From positions 16,537 to 80,536 of the forward strand of contig JAGOMP010000005.1 of assembly GCA_017993505.1 (NCBI GenBank): a stretch of 64,000 nt of DNA. Reading direction: 5' to 3'. Source of the DNA: Planctomycetota bacterium (GTDB taxonomy: Bacteria > Planctomycetota > Uabimicrobiia > Uabimicrobiales > JABWCH01). Numbering within the stretch: position 1 is the stretch's first letter; each line of letters starts with the position of its first letter. The notes under the pieces are model-generated. The model was not told the DNA's origin and searched no databases. It worked only from the letters and a program-made list of their open reading frames with translations. Positions 18,864 through 26,798 of the stretch are shown here, one piece after another. Both the position numbers and the translations under genes were made by a program.

Positions 18864-19520
18864 AAAACATTGTTTTACATAAGTATGACATATTTATTTT
18901 TAAATGCATAAATTTTATATATTTTCGACACATATAAAACATTACTTTACATAAGTATGCCATATTTATTTTTAAATGCATAAATTTTATATATTTTCGA
19001 CACATATAAAACATTACTTTACATAAGTATGCCATATTTATTTTTAAATGCATAAATTTTATATATTTTTGACACATATAAAACATTACTTTACATAAGT
19101 ATGACATATTTATTTTTAAATGCACAAATTTTATATATTTTTGACACATATAAAACATTACTTTACATAAGTATGACATATTTATTTTTAAATGCATAAA
19201 TTTTATATATTTTCAACACAATAAAAAAACATGATTTTACATAAGTATGACATATTTATTTTTAAATGCATAAATTTTATATATTTTCAACACAATAAAA
19301 AAACATGATTTTACATAAGTATGACATATTTATTTTTAAATATGATATATTTATTATGATATATTTATTTTTAAATATGATATATTTATTTTTAAATGCA
19401 CAAATTTTATATATTTTCGACACACATAAAACATGATTTTACATAAGTATGTCATATTTATTTTAAATGCACAAATTTTATGCCAGACATGCATAAAATT
19501 TATATAAATTATATATGCAT
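18864..19520. repeat. Tandem repeat array, about 8 units of 72-74 bp, with an internal ~22-27 bp sub-repeat block
   Basis: The anchor AAGTATG recurs at 18881, 18953, 19025, 19097, 19169 (period 72), 19243, 19317 (period 74) and 19445. Sub-repeats ATGATATATTTATT lie at about 19340-19395. Units are near-identical along their whole length. Confidence 0.9.
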
Positions 19521-19643
19521 AAAATGGAAACATAGACCTGTATAAAAAATCACGAAAAAAAATTGTGAAAAATAAAAATTTTTGGCATAATAATATTAGG
19601 AGTATTCTTTTTTTTTTAGGACATTAACAAATAGGATATTATT

Positions 19644-20474
19644 ATGAAGAATTATGTATTGATTGTATTGCTACTCATAGTGGCAAGTTGTGCTTTTGCT
19701 GATACTAAAATTGTTACTATTAAAGTGTTACCAGATCAAGTAACAGTTGTTCCTGGTCAAACATATCGTTTTATTGCCCAAGGATATAATCGATTATATG
19801 AAGAAGTCCCTTTTACACCAGAATGGTCTGTTCAAGGCGAAGGTAGTATTACAAGAGACGGTGTATATACAGCAGGTCGAAATCCAGGAATGGACTTTGT
19901 CACAGCATTTCATCGACCAACACAAGCACAAGGTTCTGGACGTGTTTTAATTCAAATCAAAAAAGAAACACTGCCACCATATACACAACAACCAGTTCCT
20001 CAACCAAGACCAGTTCCTCAACCAAGACCAGTGCCAGAACAACAAACGCCTCCAAAAATTCAACCAAAACCAATACCTGGACCTATTCAAAGACCGATTC
20101 CTACACCTTCTCAACCAGCTGAACCATTAATTCCATCAAAACCACATTATGAACAACCTGTTCCTCAACAAAGTTGGAATTTAGCAAACCAACAACTTCA
20201 AGTCATTTATTGGGATATACGAAAAGCAAGTTTCCTTCATGATCGAATCCGCATTCGAGGCAAAATTTTTACAGAGCCAGGCAATGTTTTACAACTTGTT
20301 CAAGAAATGCGCATGGGTAGTGATAATATTGTTTCTAAAATACTTATAAAAACAAACGAAGAAACATTTGCTTTTGAACAACAATATTTAAAATTAAATA
20401 CAAAAGCCTTTAAACTTTGTATTTTCAACCAAAATGAACAGAAAATTGCTGAAATTCGAAAAGAACTAGAATAG
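19644..20474 (+). CDS. Secreted Ig-like (Big_2-type) domain protein with proline-rich linker (PVPQPR repeats)
   Basis: Signal peptide. IKVLPDQVTVVPGQTYRFIAQGYN...WSVQGEGSITRDGVYTAGRNPG. P-rich tract from about 19980 to 20160. Confidence 0.65.
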   Translation: MKNYVLIVLLLIVASCAFADTKIVTIKVLPDQVTVVPGQTYRFIAQGYNRLYEEVPFTPEWSVQGEGSITRDGVYTAGRNPGMDFVTAFHRPTQAQGSGRVLIQIKKETLPPYTQQPVPQPRPVPQPRPVPEQQTPPKIQPKPIPGPIQRPIPTPSQPAEPLIPSKPHYEQPVPQQSWNLANQQLQVIYWDIRKASFLHDRIRIRGKIFTEPGNVLQLVQEMRMGSDNIVSKILIKTNEETFAFEQQYLKLNTKAFKLCIFNQNEQKIAEIRKELE

Positions 20475-20501
20475 CATATATCTAAAACAGCATATTTAAG
20501 G

Positions 20502-20527
20502 AGAAAGGGGAGAAATCTCCCCTTTCT
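20502..20527 (+). terminator. GC-containing hairpin after the Ig-like gene
   Basis: AGAAAGGGGAGA-AA-TCTCCCCTTTCT perfect inverted repeat. No strong T-run, so terminator function is uncertain. Confidence 0.4.
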
Positions 20528-20544
20528 ATATAAAGGAAAATATA

Positions 20545-21270
20545 GTGCCACGATTTTATATTTCTCATGAAATACAGGATCAGGAAGCGATTTTAGTCGA
20601 TCCAGAACGCCACCATCTCATTGATGTATATCGTGCTTCCATCAATATGGAAGTGGAACTGTTTGATGTACGCGGTAATCAATATCTTGCAAAATTAATT
20701 TCATACAACAACAAAGAAGCACGACTTAAAATTTTACAAAAAATAGTAAAACAACAAAAAAATAATATAGAAATTTATCTTGCACAAAGTCTAATCAAAA
20801 GTAAAAATTGGGACTTTATTTTAACTAAATGTGTAGAATTAGGCGTGGATGGAATCTATCCTATGATCACACAACACATTGCTGGAGGGAAATACGTTGC
20901 AGGTAAAGAAGAACGTTGGGAAAAACTCTTAATTACTGCTGCAAAACAAAGTGGTCATACCTCTTTCCCAAAAATTTTTTCAATCATGAACTTTTTAGAA
21001 ACATTACAAGCAACAAGTGATTTTCCTTTACGTTTAATGGCACATAATGATCCCCAAGTACCCTTTTTGCATTCATTTTTAAAACAACAAACAACAATAC
21101 CAACAAAAGTTTTATTAATGATTGGCCCTGAAGGTGGATTTAGTGAAATAGAAGTTCAACAAGCACAAGAAAACGGAGTCAACAGTTTTTTATTAGGAAG
21201 TTATACAATGCGAGCAGAAACAGCAGCAATTGCTGGTCTTGCAAATTTAAATTTTTATTGGGAACGATAA
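20545..21270 (+). CDS. rsmE: 16S rRNA (uracil1498-N3)-methyltransferase
   Basis: MPRFYI opening (GTG start), IGPEGGFSEIE motif, 241 aa. Confidence 0.85.
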   Translation: MPRFYISHEIQDQEAILVDPERHHLIDVYRASINMEVELFDVRGNQYLAKLISYNNKEARLKILQKIVKQQKNNIEIYLAQSLIKSKNWDFILTKCVELGVDGIYPMITQHIAGGKYVAGKEERWEKLLITAAKQSGHTSFPKIFSIMNFLETLQATSDFPLRLMAHNDPQVPFLHSFLKQQTTIPTKVLLMIGPEGGFSEIEVQQAQENGVNSFLLGSYTMRAETAAIAGLANLNFYWER

Positions 21271-21479
21271 TGCACATTAACTTAAGCGAATTAAAAAAAC
21301 TAGAGAGAGACAAACAACAAAAAAAATTAAACGAAATTCAAGAAGAAAGAATTCGCCTTTTTCATGAATACAACCACTTACAAGATATTGTAGATGAGTA
21401 TAAAGAGCAAATGTACAAAGTATGCACAGAAATAGAAAAACTCAACTATATCTTAAAAGAACTTAATATTATTAAATAA
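21270..21479 (+). CDS. Small coiled-coil protein (hypothetical), paralog 1
   Basis: ATG 21270 overlaps the rsmE stop (TAATG). INLSELKKL...IQEERIRLFHEYNHLQDIVDEYKEQMYKVCTEIEKLNYILKE. Confidence 0.55.
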   Translation: MHINLSELKKLERDKQQKKLNEIQEERIRLFHEYNHLQDIVDEYKEQMYKVCTEIEKLNYILKELNIIK

Positions 21480-21495
21480 AATAGAGAAAAATATA

Positions 21496-21807
21496 ATGAA
21501 AAAAATATATTTAAAAAAAACTAAAGTACGAATACTTTCTGATAACGAAGAAAACAATACACTCAATAAAAATACAGATTTAGAAAGCCACGAACCATTT
21601 TTACAAATTAACCTCAATGAAATAAAAAAACTCAAAGGCGAAGAACTGTACAAAAAAATTGAAATTATCCAAGAAGAACGACTACGTCTCTTTCAAGAAT
21701 ACAGCAAACTTGAAGAAATCATTGACGATTACCAAGAAAAAATTGATAAAATTTGCGATGAAATTTGTAAATATAACATCACATTAAAAGAATTTGGTTA
21801 TCTTTAA
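21496..21807 (+). CDS. Small coiled-coil protein (hypothetical), paralog 2
   Basis: INLNEIKKL...IQEERLRLFQEYSKLEEIIDDYQEKIDKICDEICKYNITLKE aligns with the upstream ORF. Confidence 0.55.
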   Translation: MKKIYLKKTKVRILSDNEENNTLNKNTDLESHEPFLQINLNEIKKLKGEELYKKIEIIQEERLRLFQEYSKLEEIIDDYQEKIDKICDEICKYNITLKEFGYL

Positions 21808-21821
21808 AATTAGTAAAAATT

Positions 21822-22475
21822 ATGAAAAATAACATTCAAAACATATTAAAAATATTAGATGAAATATATCCAAATACAAAATCTCCTCTTCATTATACTA
21901 CCCCCTTTCAACTGCTTGTTGCTACTATACTTTCTGCACAATGCACAGACAAACAAGTGAACAAAATCACAGGTAAACTATTTCAAAAATTTCCAACAAT
22001 GCAATCCTTTATGCAAGCAAATATAGAAGATATTGAAGAGGCAATTTCCAATATCAACTACTATAAAAGCAAAGCAAAGAATATACAAGCTAGCTCTAAA
22101 GTTTTATTAGAAACGTATAATGGAATTGTACCTAATACTATGGAAGAACTTCTAAAACTCCCAGGAGTAGGACGAAAAACAGCGAATGTTATCTTAAATG
22201 AAGCATTTCAAATCCCTGGTATTGTTGTGGATACGCATGTCAAACGAGTCAGTAATAGATTAGGCCTTACTAAAAATCAAGACCCTAAAAAAATAGAACT
22301 TGATCTAGAAAATATCATTCCTAAAAAACATTGGATTCCATTCTCTATTCAATTTATATTGCTTGGTCGAGAATACTGCCTTGCACGTTCGCCTAAATGT
22401 GACAATTGTCCCTTGCAAAAATTTTGTCCTAATAAAAAAGTCAATAAAAAAGCAAACACAAAAACAAAGGAATAA
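21822..22475 (+). CDS. nth: Endonuclease III (DNA glycosylase/AP lyase)
   Basis: HhH-GPD LPGVGRKTANVIL, catalytic region VDTHVKRV, C-terminal 4Fe-4S Cys cluster C..ARSPKCDNCPLQKFC. Confidence 0.9.
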   Translation: MKNNIQNILKILDEIYPNTKSPLHYTTPFQLLVATILSAQCTDKQVNKITGKLFQKFPTMQSFMQANIEDIEEAISNINYYKSKAKNIQASSKVLLETYNGIVPNTMEELLKLPGVGRKTANVILNEAFQIPGIVVDTHVKRVSNRLGLTKNQDPKKIELDLENIIPKKHWIPFSIQFILLGREYCLARSPKCDNCPLQKFCPNKKVNKKANTKTKE

Positions 22476-22478
22476 AGT

Positions 22479-22850
22479 ATGATAGAAACGATTGACTGGG
22501 AATCTGTACGAGATGAATGCGTCCAAACAGGGCAAGTCCTTAAAATTCCTAAACCAGATAACTATATCATTCCTCAACAATTGCATGAAAGCAATCTTGG
22601 ATTAGAGAAAGGAGCTATTCGACAATGGCGTGATGACCACACTGCTAATAGCTTACATATTCATGAATTCCAAGATTATTTCTTAGCACATACAGATGGT
22701 TTCAATCCAGAACACCATCCTGTTGCTCATGGAATTGTAGATATACCAGGAATTACTTTAGGTATTGTAGTAGGCACTATTGCTGTATATATGTTGACAA
22801 AAACAGCACAAGGCTTTGACCTTGTGCCTGATGAAGAAGACAACTGGTGA
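22479..22850 (+). CDS. Hypothetical protein with C-terminal TM helix
   Basis: ORF tightly packed after nth. Hydrophobic ITLGIVVGTIAVYML. TGA stop. Confidence 0.5.
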   Translation: MIETIDWESVRDECVQTGQVLKIPKPDNYIIPQQLHESNLGLEKGAIRQWRDDHTANSLHIHEFQDYFLAHTDGFNPEHHPVAHGIVDIPGITLGIVVGTIAVYMLTKTAQGFDLVPDEEDNW

Positions 22851-22864
22851 GGTAAAAACATACT

Positions 22865-23656
22865 ATGAAAGACATAGACCTTTACATACAAAAAAAACAA
22901 GGACCAAGAGAACCGATCCTTTGGATTCATGGATATACATTAGATTCTAATTCTTGGCAAGAAATGTGGGAACTCCTTCCTGAATACACACATATAGGGA
23001 TTGACTTGCCAGGGCATGGTATGTCAGCAGACATACAAGAAGGCAATACATTGAACGAACTCAGCCCAGCCATATTCAAAATCTGTAAAACGCATCAAAT
23101 ACAACACATCATTGCCTTATCCTTTGGCACTATCACGGCTTTGCAAATTGCACTAGATAATCCTATATATTTTAAAACCATTACACTTGCAGCACCTGCA
23201 CTTGCAGGTGGACCTCAAGACATGGAAATGTCAAAAGTGTATACTAAACTCATAATGCTACAATACATATATAAAAAAGTACATCCTGTTTTTTCAGAAA
23301 TTTGGCTTCAAAGCCCTGCTTGGCAAGGATTAGATCAAATACAACAAATGCGTTCCCTATTGATCGATACAGTACATAAACATAGATGGGATGAACTTTC
23401 TACACCTACAAAATACAAACAATTTATAGAACCACCACAAAATATAGACAAAATACGAAACATCACAACTCCCATACTACTCATGATTGGTGAATACGAA
23501 ATGACAGCCTTCAAAGAAACAGCAAATATCATACAACAACATGCACCTCATGCACAAATACAAACATTGAGTGATACATATCATCTCTGCCTACTCCAAT
23601 CTCCTCATAAAGCCATCTCTTACATAAAAAAATACCTACAACAAGCAACAAAATAA
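22865..23656 (+). CDS. Alpha/beta-fold hydrolase
   Basis: HG oxyanion motif (WIHGYT), nucleophile-elbow-like ALSFGT, C-terminal DTYHL. Confidence 0.7.
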   Translation: MKDIDLYIQKKQGPREPILWIHGYTLDSNSWQEMWELLPEYTHIGIDLPGHGMSADIQEGNTLNELSPAIFKICKTHQIQHIIALSFGTITALQIALDNPIYFKTITLAAPALAGGPQDMEMSKVYTKLIMLQYIYKKVHPVFSEIWLQSPAWQGLDQIQQMRSLLIDTVHKHRWDELSTPTKYKQFIEPPQNIDKIRNITTPILLMIGEYEMTAFKETANIIQQHAPHAQIQTLSDTYHLCLLQSPHKAISYIKKYLQQATK

Positions 23657-24069
23657 CAGCAAATAAAAAAGTGAACTCATCAAATTTCTCATGAGAAAAT
23701 TATAAAATAAAAATTACAAATATATTTGGTTGAATTTATAAATATATTTGTATATTTATAATAATGTTGGAAGTTTTTTTTCTAGAATAGAAATTTGAAA
23801 ACTAACATAAATAAATTATATTTATTTATAAAATATATTTACTTAAAATAAATAAGTTATATTTATAATTTATTTATAATATACTTCAATATATTTGCTA
23901 TATTTGTAATAATATCAAGAAAGCTTTGTTCCTATTATGGAAATTTTATTACAAGAAAAAATTATTTGATAACAAGTAGCAAAAATGTATAATAGTCTTG
24001 CTATAGTCAAAATCTAGTATGAATAAGGAATTACAAGAAAAGAGCACGAAAAATTCAAACTTTCAAAAA

Positions 24070-24102
24070 AAATAATTAGCTATTTTTTATAGCTAATTAT
24101 TT
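24070..24102 (-). terminator. Hairpin downstream of tRNA-Arg(CCT)
   Basis: AAATAATTAGCTA-TTTTTTA-TAGCTAATTATTT perfect 13-bp stem. On the minus strand it is followed by TTTTTTTG. Confidence 0.6.
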
Positions 24103-24182
24103 AAAGTAGAGTTGAATTTTCTGCCAAATAATGGTAAGCGTTTTTTGAGTTACTATCAAAAGCTATATTTAGAAGAATATTG

Positions 24183-24256
24183 TACCCCCAACTGGGTTCG
24201 AACCAGCGACCTATGGTTTAGGAAACCATCGCTCTATCCAACTGAGCTATGGGAGC
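24183..24256 (-). tRNA. tRNA-Arg (anticodon CCT)
   Basis: Hand-folded from the reverse complement: GCTCCCA-TA-GCTC-AGTTGGATA-GAGC-G-ATGGT-TTCCTAA-ACCAT-AGGTC-GCTGG-TTCGAAC-CCAGT-TGGGGGT-A. The acceptor stem has two G-U pairs. Confidence 0.8.
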
Positions 24257-24324
24257 GAATGTTGTTATTATAAAAAAATTTTCCTAAAATGTCAAGTTGA
24301 AATTACAATTTAAAGGAGTTCATC

Positions 24325-24828
24325 ATGGAAATTGCCCCCATTCTAGCAACTATTTCATTTATTGTTCAAAAAATTATTGAAATCATTCAACCAGCCCTAG
24401 AAAAATATATTAAATACTTTCGATTTGAAACAAGCGAATTGAAAAATAAAGTAGAAGAAATTGATAAAATTTACAAAAATACCATGAATGTTACACGAGC
24501 TAGCGACATACAAATTGAAGACAATGAATTTAAATACAATCCAGAAACACAAAAACTCATTGACCTAAAAAATTATTGGGAGAAAAAACTTCGCCGTAGA
24601 CAATCCTTAAAAGTACGACGTTACCTTTACTTTGGAAGCGTACTAGGAATTCTTATTTGCTTAGTAGTCAGTAAATTTGGTGGTGTGCAATTCATTTATC
24701 TGAGTCCAGAATATGCTCATTTGCAAAATAAACCTTATTTTTGGATTATCAGTTCCATTGGTGCAGGGATCATAGTAGGCTTAGGTAGTAAACCTGTCAA
24801 TGATATACTAGATTACTTTAAACGATAA
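24325..24828 (+). CDS. Hypothetical membrane protein
   Basis: AGGAG RBS. Hydrophobic N-terminus and two C-terminal TM segments. Confidence 0.55.
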   Translation: MEIAPILATISFIVQKIIEIIQPALEKYIKYFRFETSELKNKVEEIDKIYKNTMNVTRASDIQIEDNEFKYNPETQKLIDLKNYWEKKLRRRQSLKVRRYLYFGSVLGILICLVVSKFGGVQFIYLSPEYAHLQNKPYFWIISSIGAGIIVGLGSKPVNDILDYFKR

Positions 24829-24871
24829 AAAATATGAAATAATAAACATCGTAATATAAAATAATAAACAT

Positions 24872-24918
24872 AAAGAGACAGATATTCTTAACCATTGTTA
24901 AGAAAAATATGTCTCTTT
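24872..24918 (+). terminator. Imperfect hairpin after 24325-24828
   Basis: AAAGAGACA...CTTAAC / GTTAAG...TGTCTCTTT, followed by ATAATTTTT. Confidence 0.45.
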
Positions 24919-25049
24919 ATAATTTTTACGATCTTTTCTTTTCTCTTTTTTATTCAAATTTAAGTAATAAAACCAAAATAATTTTCTTTGCAATGCAAAA
25001 TACATTATGATAAAATTTATAGGAGTATTATTTAGGAGAATACCTTTTT

Positions 25050-25700
25050 ATGAAATTCATAATAATCATCATATCTTGTTTATTTTTATTTTCTTGTCAA
25101 ACTACACAAAACAGTAACTTAGACGATGCACCTAGCAAGAGCGAAATCCATCAAGTTGGAGAATGTCGTGTGGGCATCTTAGGAAAAAATCATAAAAATA
25201 ATCTTATCTTAGTCAATGAAAGCAATAAAAAATATTTACACATCAACAAACAGGAAGATGAATTCGGATTAATATCTACTACAGGAAACTACACGGCAAA
25301 AGAACTATCCTTACAAGACCAAACATCAGTAACTATTGTTGAAGACATTGTCATGGCAAAAGTGCTATCCTTACTAAAAGGCTATCGATTCTACACATTT
25401 GCTCAATCTTGCGATATATCTCAATTCCAAGATCCACAATGGCCTGTTCGAGAATCTCTTTTCTTAGAGCAAAATGGAAAATGTAAAATTTTCATTCGCG
25501 ATGAAAAAATGATTGATGACAATAAAAAAATTACAGATAAAGGTAAAACATATCGAACTTTAAAATCATTCATACTTCAAGCCCAAGCAACAGGACGCAA
25601 TGCCAATATCACTACGAAACAAGAAAACGCAGAACAAATATTACGTCAAAATCAGCAAGCAATACAACAAAATTTTCAACATTGGGAAAACAAAAAGTAA
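25050..25700 (+). CDS. Lipoprotein (hypothetical)
   Basis: Lipobox LFLFSC after a short hydrophobic signal. GGAG RBS. Confidence 0.6.
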   Translation: MKFIIIIISCLFLFSCQTTQNSNLDDAPSKSEIHQVGECRVGILGKNHKNNLILVNESNKKYLHINKQEDEFGLISTTGNYTAKELSLQDQTSVTIVEDIVMAKVLSLLKGYRFYTFAQSCDISQFQDPQWPVRESLFLEQNGKCKIFIRDEKMIDDNKKITDKGKTYRTLKSFILQAQATGRNANITTKQENAEQILRQNQQAIQQNFQHWENKK

Positions 25701-25874
25701 CAACGCAAAATCATATACTAAAAAAATATAAAAATAACATTCCAAAATTTTAAAAAATAATTAACTAATTAATTTAAAATTGATATTAATAATTTTATTA
25801 ATAAGTTAGTATTTTTTAAATACTTTCTTTCTTATTTTTAGCAATGTATTAGCAATGCGTAGAAAGAAGAATTT

Positions 25875-26663
25875 ATGCCAATACATCCAACAGCCATCAT
25901 AGGAAACAACGTCATTGTAGATCCTAGCAATGACATTGGACCATATGTAATCATAGAAGAAAACGTTCAACTAGGAAAAAATAATCGAATTATGGCACAT
26001 GCTTTTCTTGGACAAGGAACTATGTTAGGTGATGGAAACAAAATTCATCCAGGAGCAGCCATAGGCGGTATTCCCCAAGATATTAATTTCAAAGAAGATA
26101 TAAAAACACATGTCCTTATTGGCAATGACAATATTTTTCGCGAGCATTGTACTGTTCATAGAAGCACAAATCCACAACATCCCACAACTATTGGAAATTC
26201 TAGTTTTTTTATGTGCGGTTCCCATATTGCTCATGATTGTATAGTGGGAAACCACGTTATTATGGCAAATGATACAGCAATGGGTGGACATGTAAAAATC
26301 CAAGATAGAGTGTTTATTGGTGGTGGTAGCATGATCCATCAATTCTGCCAAATTGGTGCATTGACCATGATTGCTGGGAACTCTCGCATCAGTATGGATG
26401 TTCCTCCATTTGTCATTGCAGGAGAATTAAACCAAGTTTGGGGAATTAATCGAGTAGGCTTAAACCGTGCTAATTTACAACAAGAAACTATTAAAGAAAT
26501 TCGAGAAGTATATCGAATGTACTTTCACACACCACGAAATGGAGTTTTAGACAGAATTCGAGAAAGAGGATTCAAATCAAAAGAAATTCAAGATTTTATT
26601 TATTTTATAGAAAATTCTACTCGTGGTATATGTGTCTCAAAAACAAAAGCACATGCTACATAA
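25875..26663 (+). CDS. lpxA: Acyl-ACP--UDP-N-acetylglucosamine O-acyltransferase
   Basis: IHPTAIIG opening, left-handed beta-helix hexapeptide repeats, GSHIAHDCIVGNHVIMAN, C-terminal helical domain. Confidence 0.9.
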   Translation: MPIHPTAIIGNNVIVDPSNDIGPYVIIEENVQLGKNNRIMAHAFLGQGTMLGDGNKIHPGAAIGGIPQDINFKEDIKTHVLIGNDNIFREHCTVHRSTNPQHPTTIGNSSFFMCGSHIAHDCIVGNHVIMANDTAMGGHVKIQDRVFIGGGSMIHQFCQIGALTMIAGNSRISMDVPPFVIAGELNQVWGINRVGLNRANLQQETIKEIREVYRMYFHTPRNGVLDRIRERGFKSKEIQDFIYFIENSTRGICVSKTKAHAT

Positions 26664-26689
26664 TAGGATTGTATGTGCTTAAATATTCC

Positions 26690-26717
26690 TTGACAAGAAT
26701 AAAATAAATGCTAAAAT
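26690..26717 (+). promoter_or_regulatory. Sigma-70-type promoter candidate for the secretin gene
   Basis: TTGACA (26690-26695), 16-bp spacer, TAAAAT (26712-26717); about 80 bp upstream of ATG 26799. Confidence 0.5.
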
Positions 26718-26798
26718 GCTAATTTAAGTTAAAATTATAGTTTTATTTTCGTTGATTTATTAATAAAAAAAAAATTAAACATATTGAAAGGTGGAGGC

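Noticed and set aside
18835-19197. 120-aa ORF on the minus strand with a repeating MHLKINMSYLCKVMFYMCQKYIKF peptide
   Set aside because: It stays open only because the DNA repeat length (72) is divisible by 3. It overlaps the 3' end of mrp, has no RBS, and has an implausible composition. Treated as an artefact of the repeat.
18864-19520. Possible CRISPR array (regularly spaced repeats in an intergenic region)
   Set aside because: The whole 72-74 bp unit is repeated nearly identically, so there are no unique spacers between short repeats. No cas genes or leader-like asymmetry were seen in the window. It is a tandem repeat, not a CRISPR array.
18864-19520. Chromosomal replication origin (AT-rich repeats, DnaA-box-like TTTTCGACA)
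   Set aside because: The recurring TTTTYRACA differs from TTATNCACA at key positions. There is no dnaA/dnaN context and no cluster of oppositely oriented boxes.
19575-19600. Sigma-54 promoter-like TGGCAT upstream of the Ig-like gene
   Set aside because: The -24-like TGGCA is present (TTTGGCATAATAATATTAGG). The -12 element TTGC is absent at the required 5-nt spacing.
23657-24256. Integrated mobile element or prophage remnant at tRNA-Arg(CCT)
   Set aside because: No integrase, transposase or phage-like ORFs are present, and I did not find a duplicated copy of the tRNA 3' end. It is kept only as a low-interest observation about the long spacer.
26784-26798. TTG start for the secretin given by the ORF track (also extended starts at 5318, 12839, 21258, 41447, 51180, 55569)
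   Set aside because: In each case an internal ATG has a purine-rich RBS, a proper signal peptide or paralog alignment, and removes or minimises overlap with the upstream gene. The track coordinates are maximal ORFs rather than likely starts.
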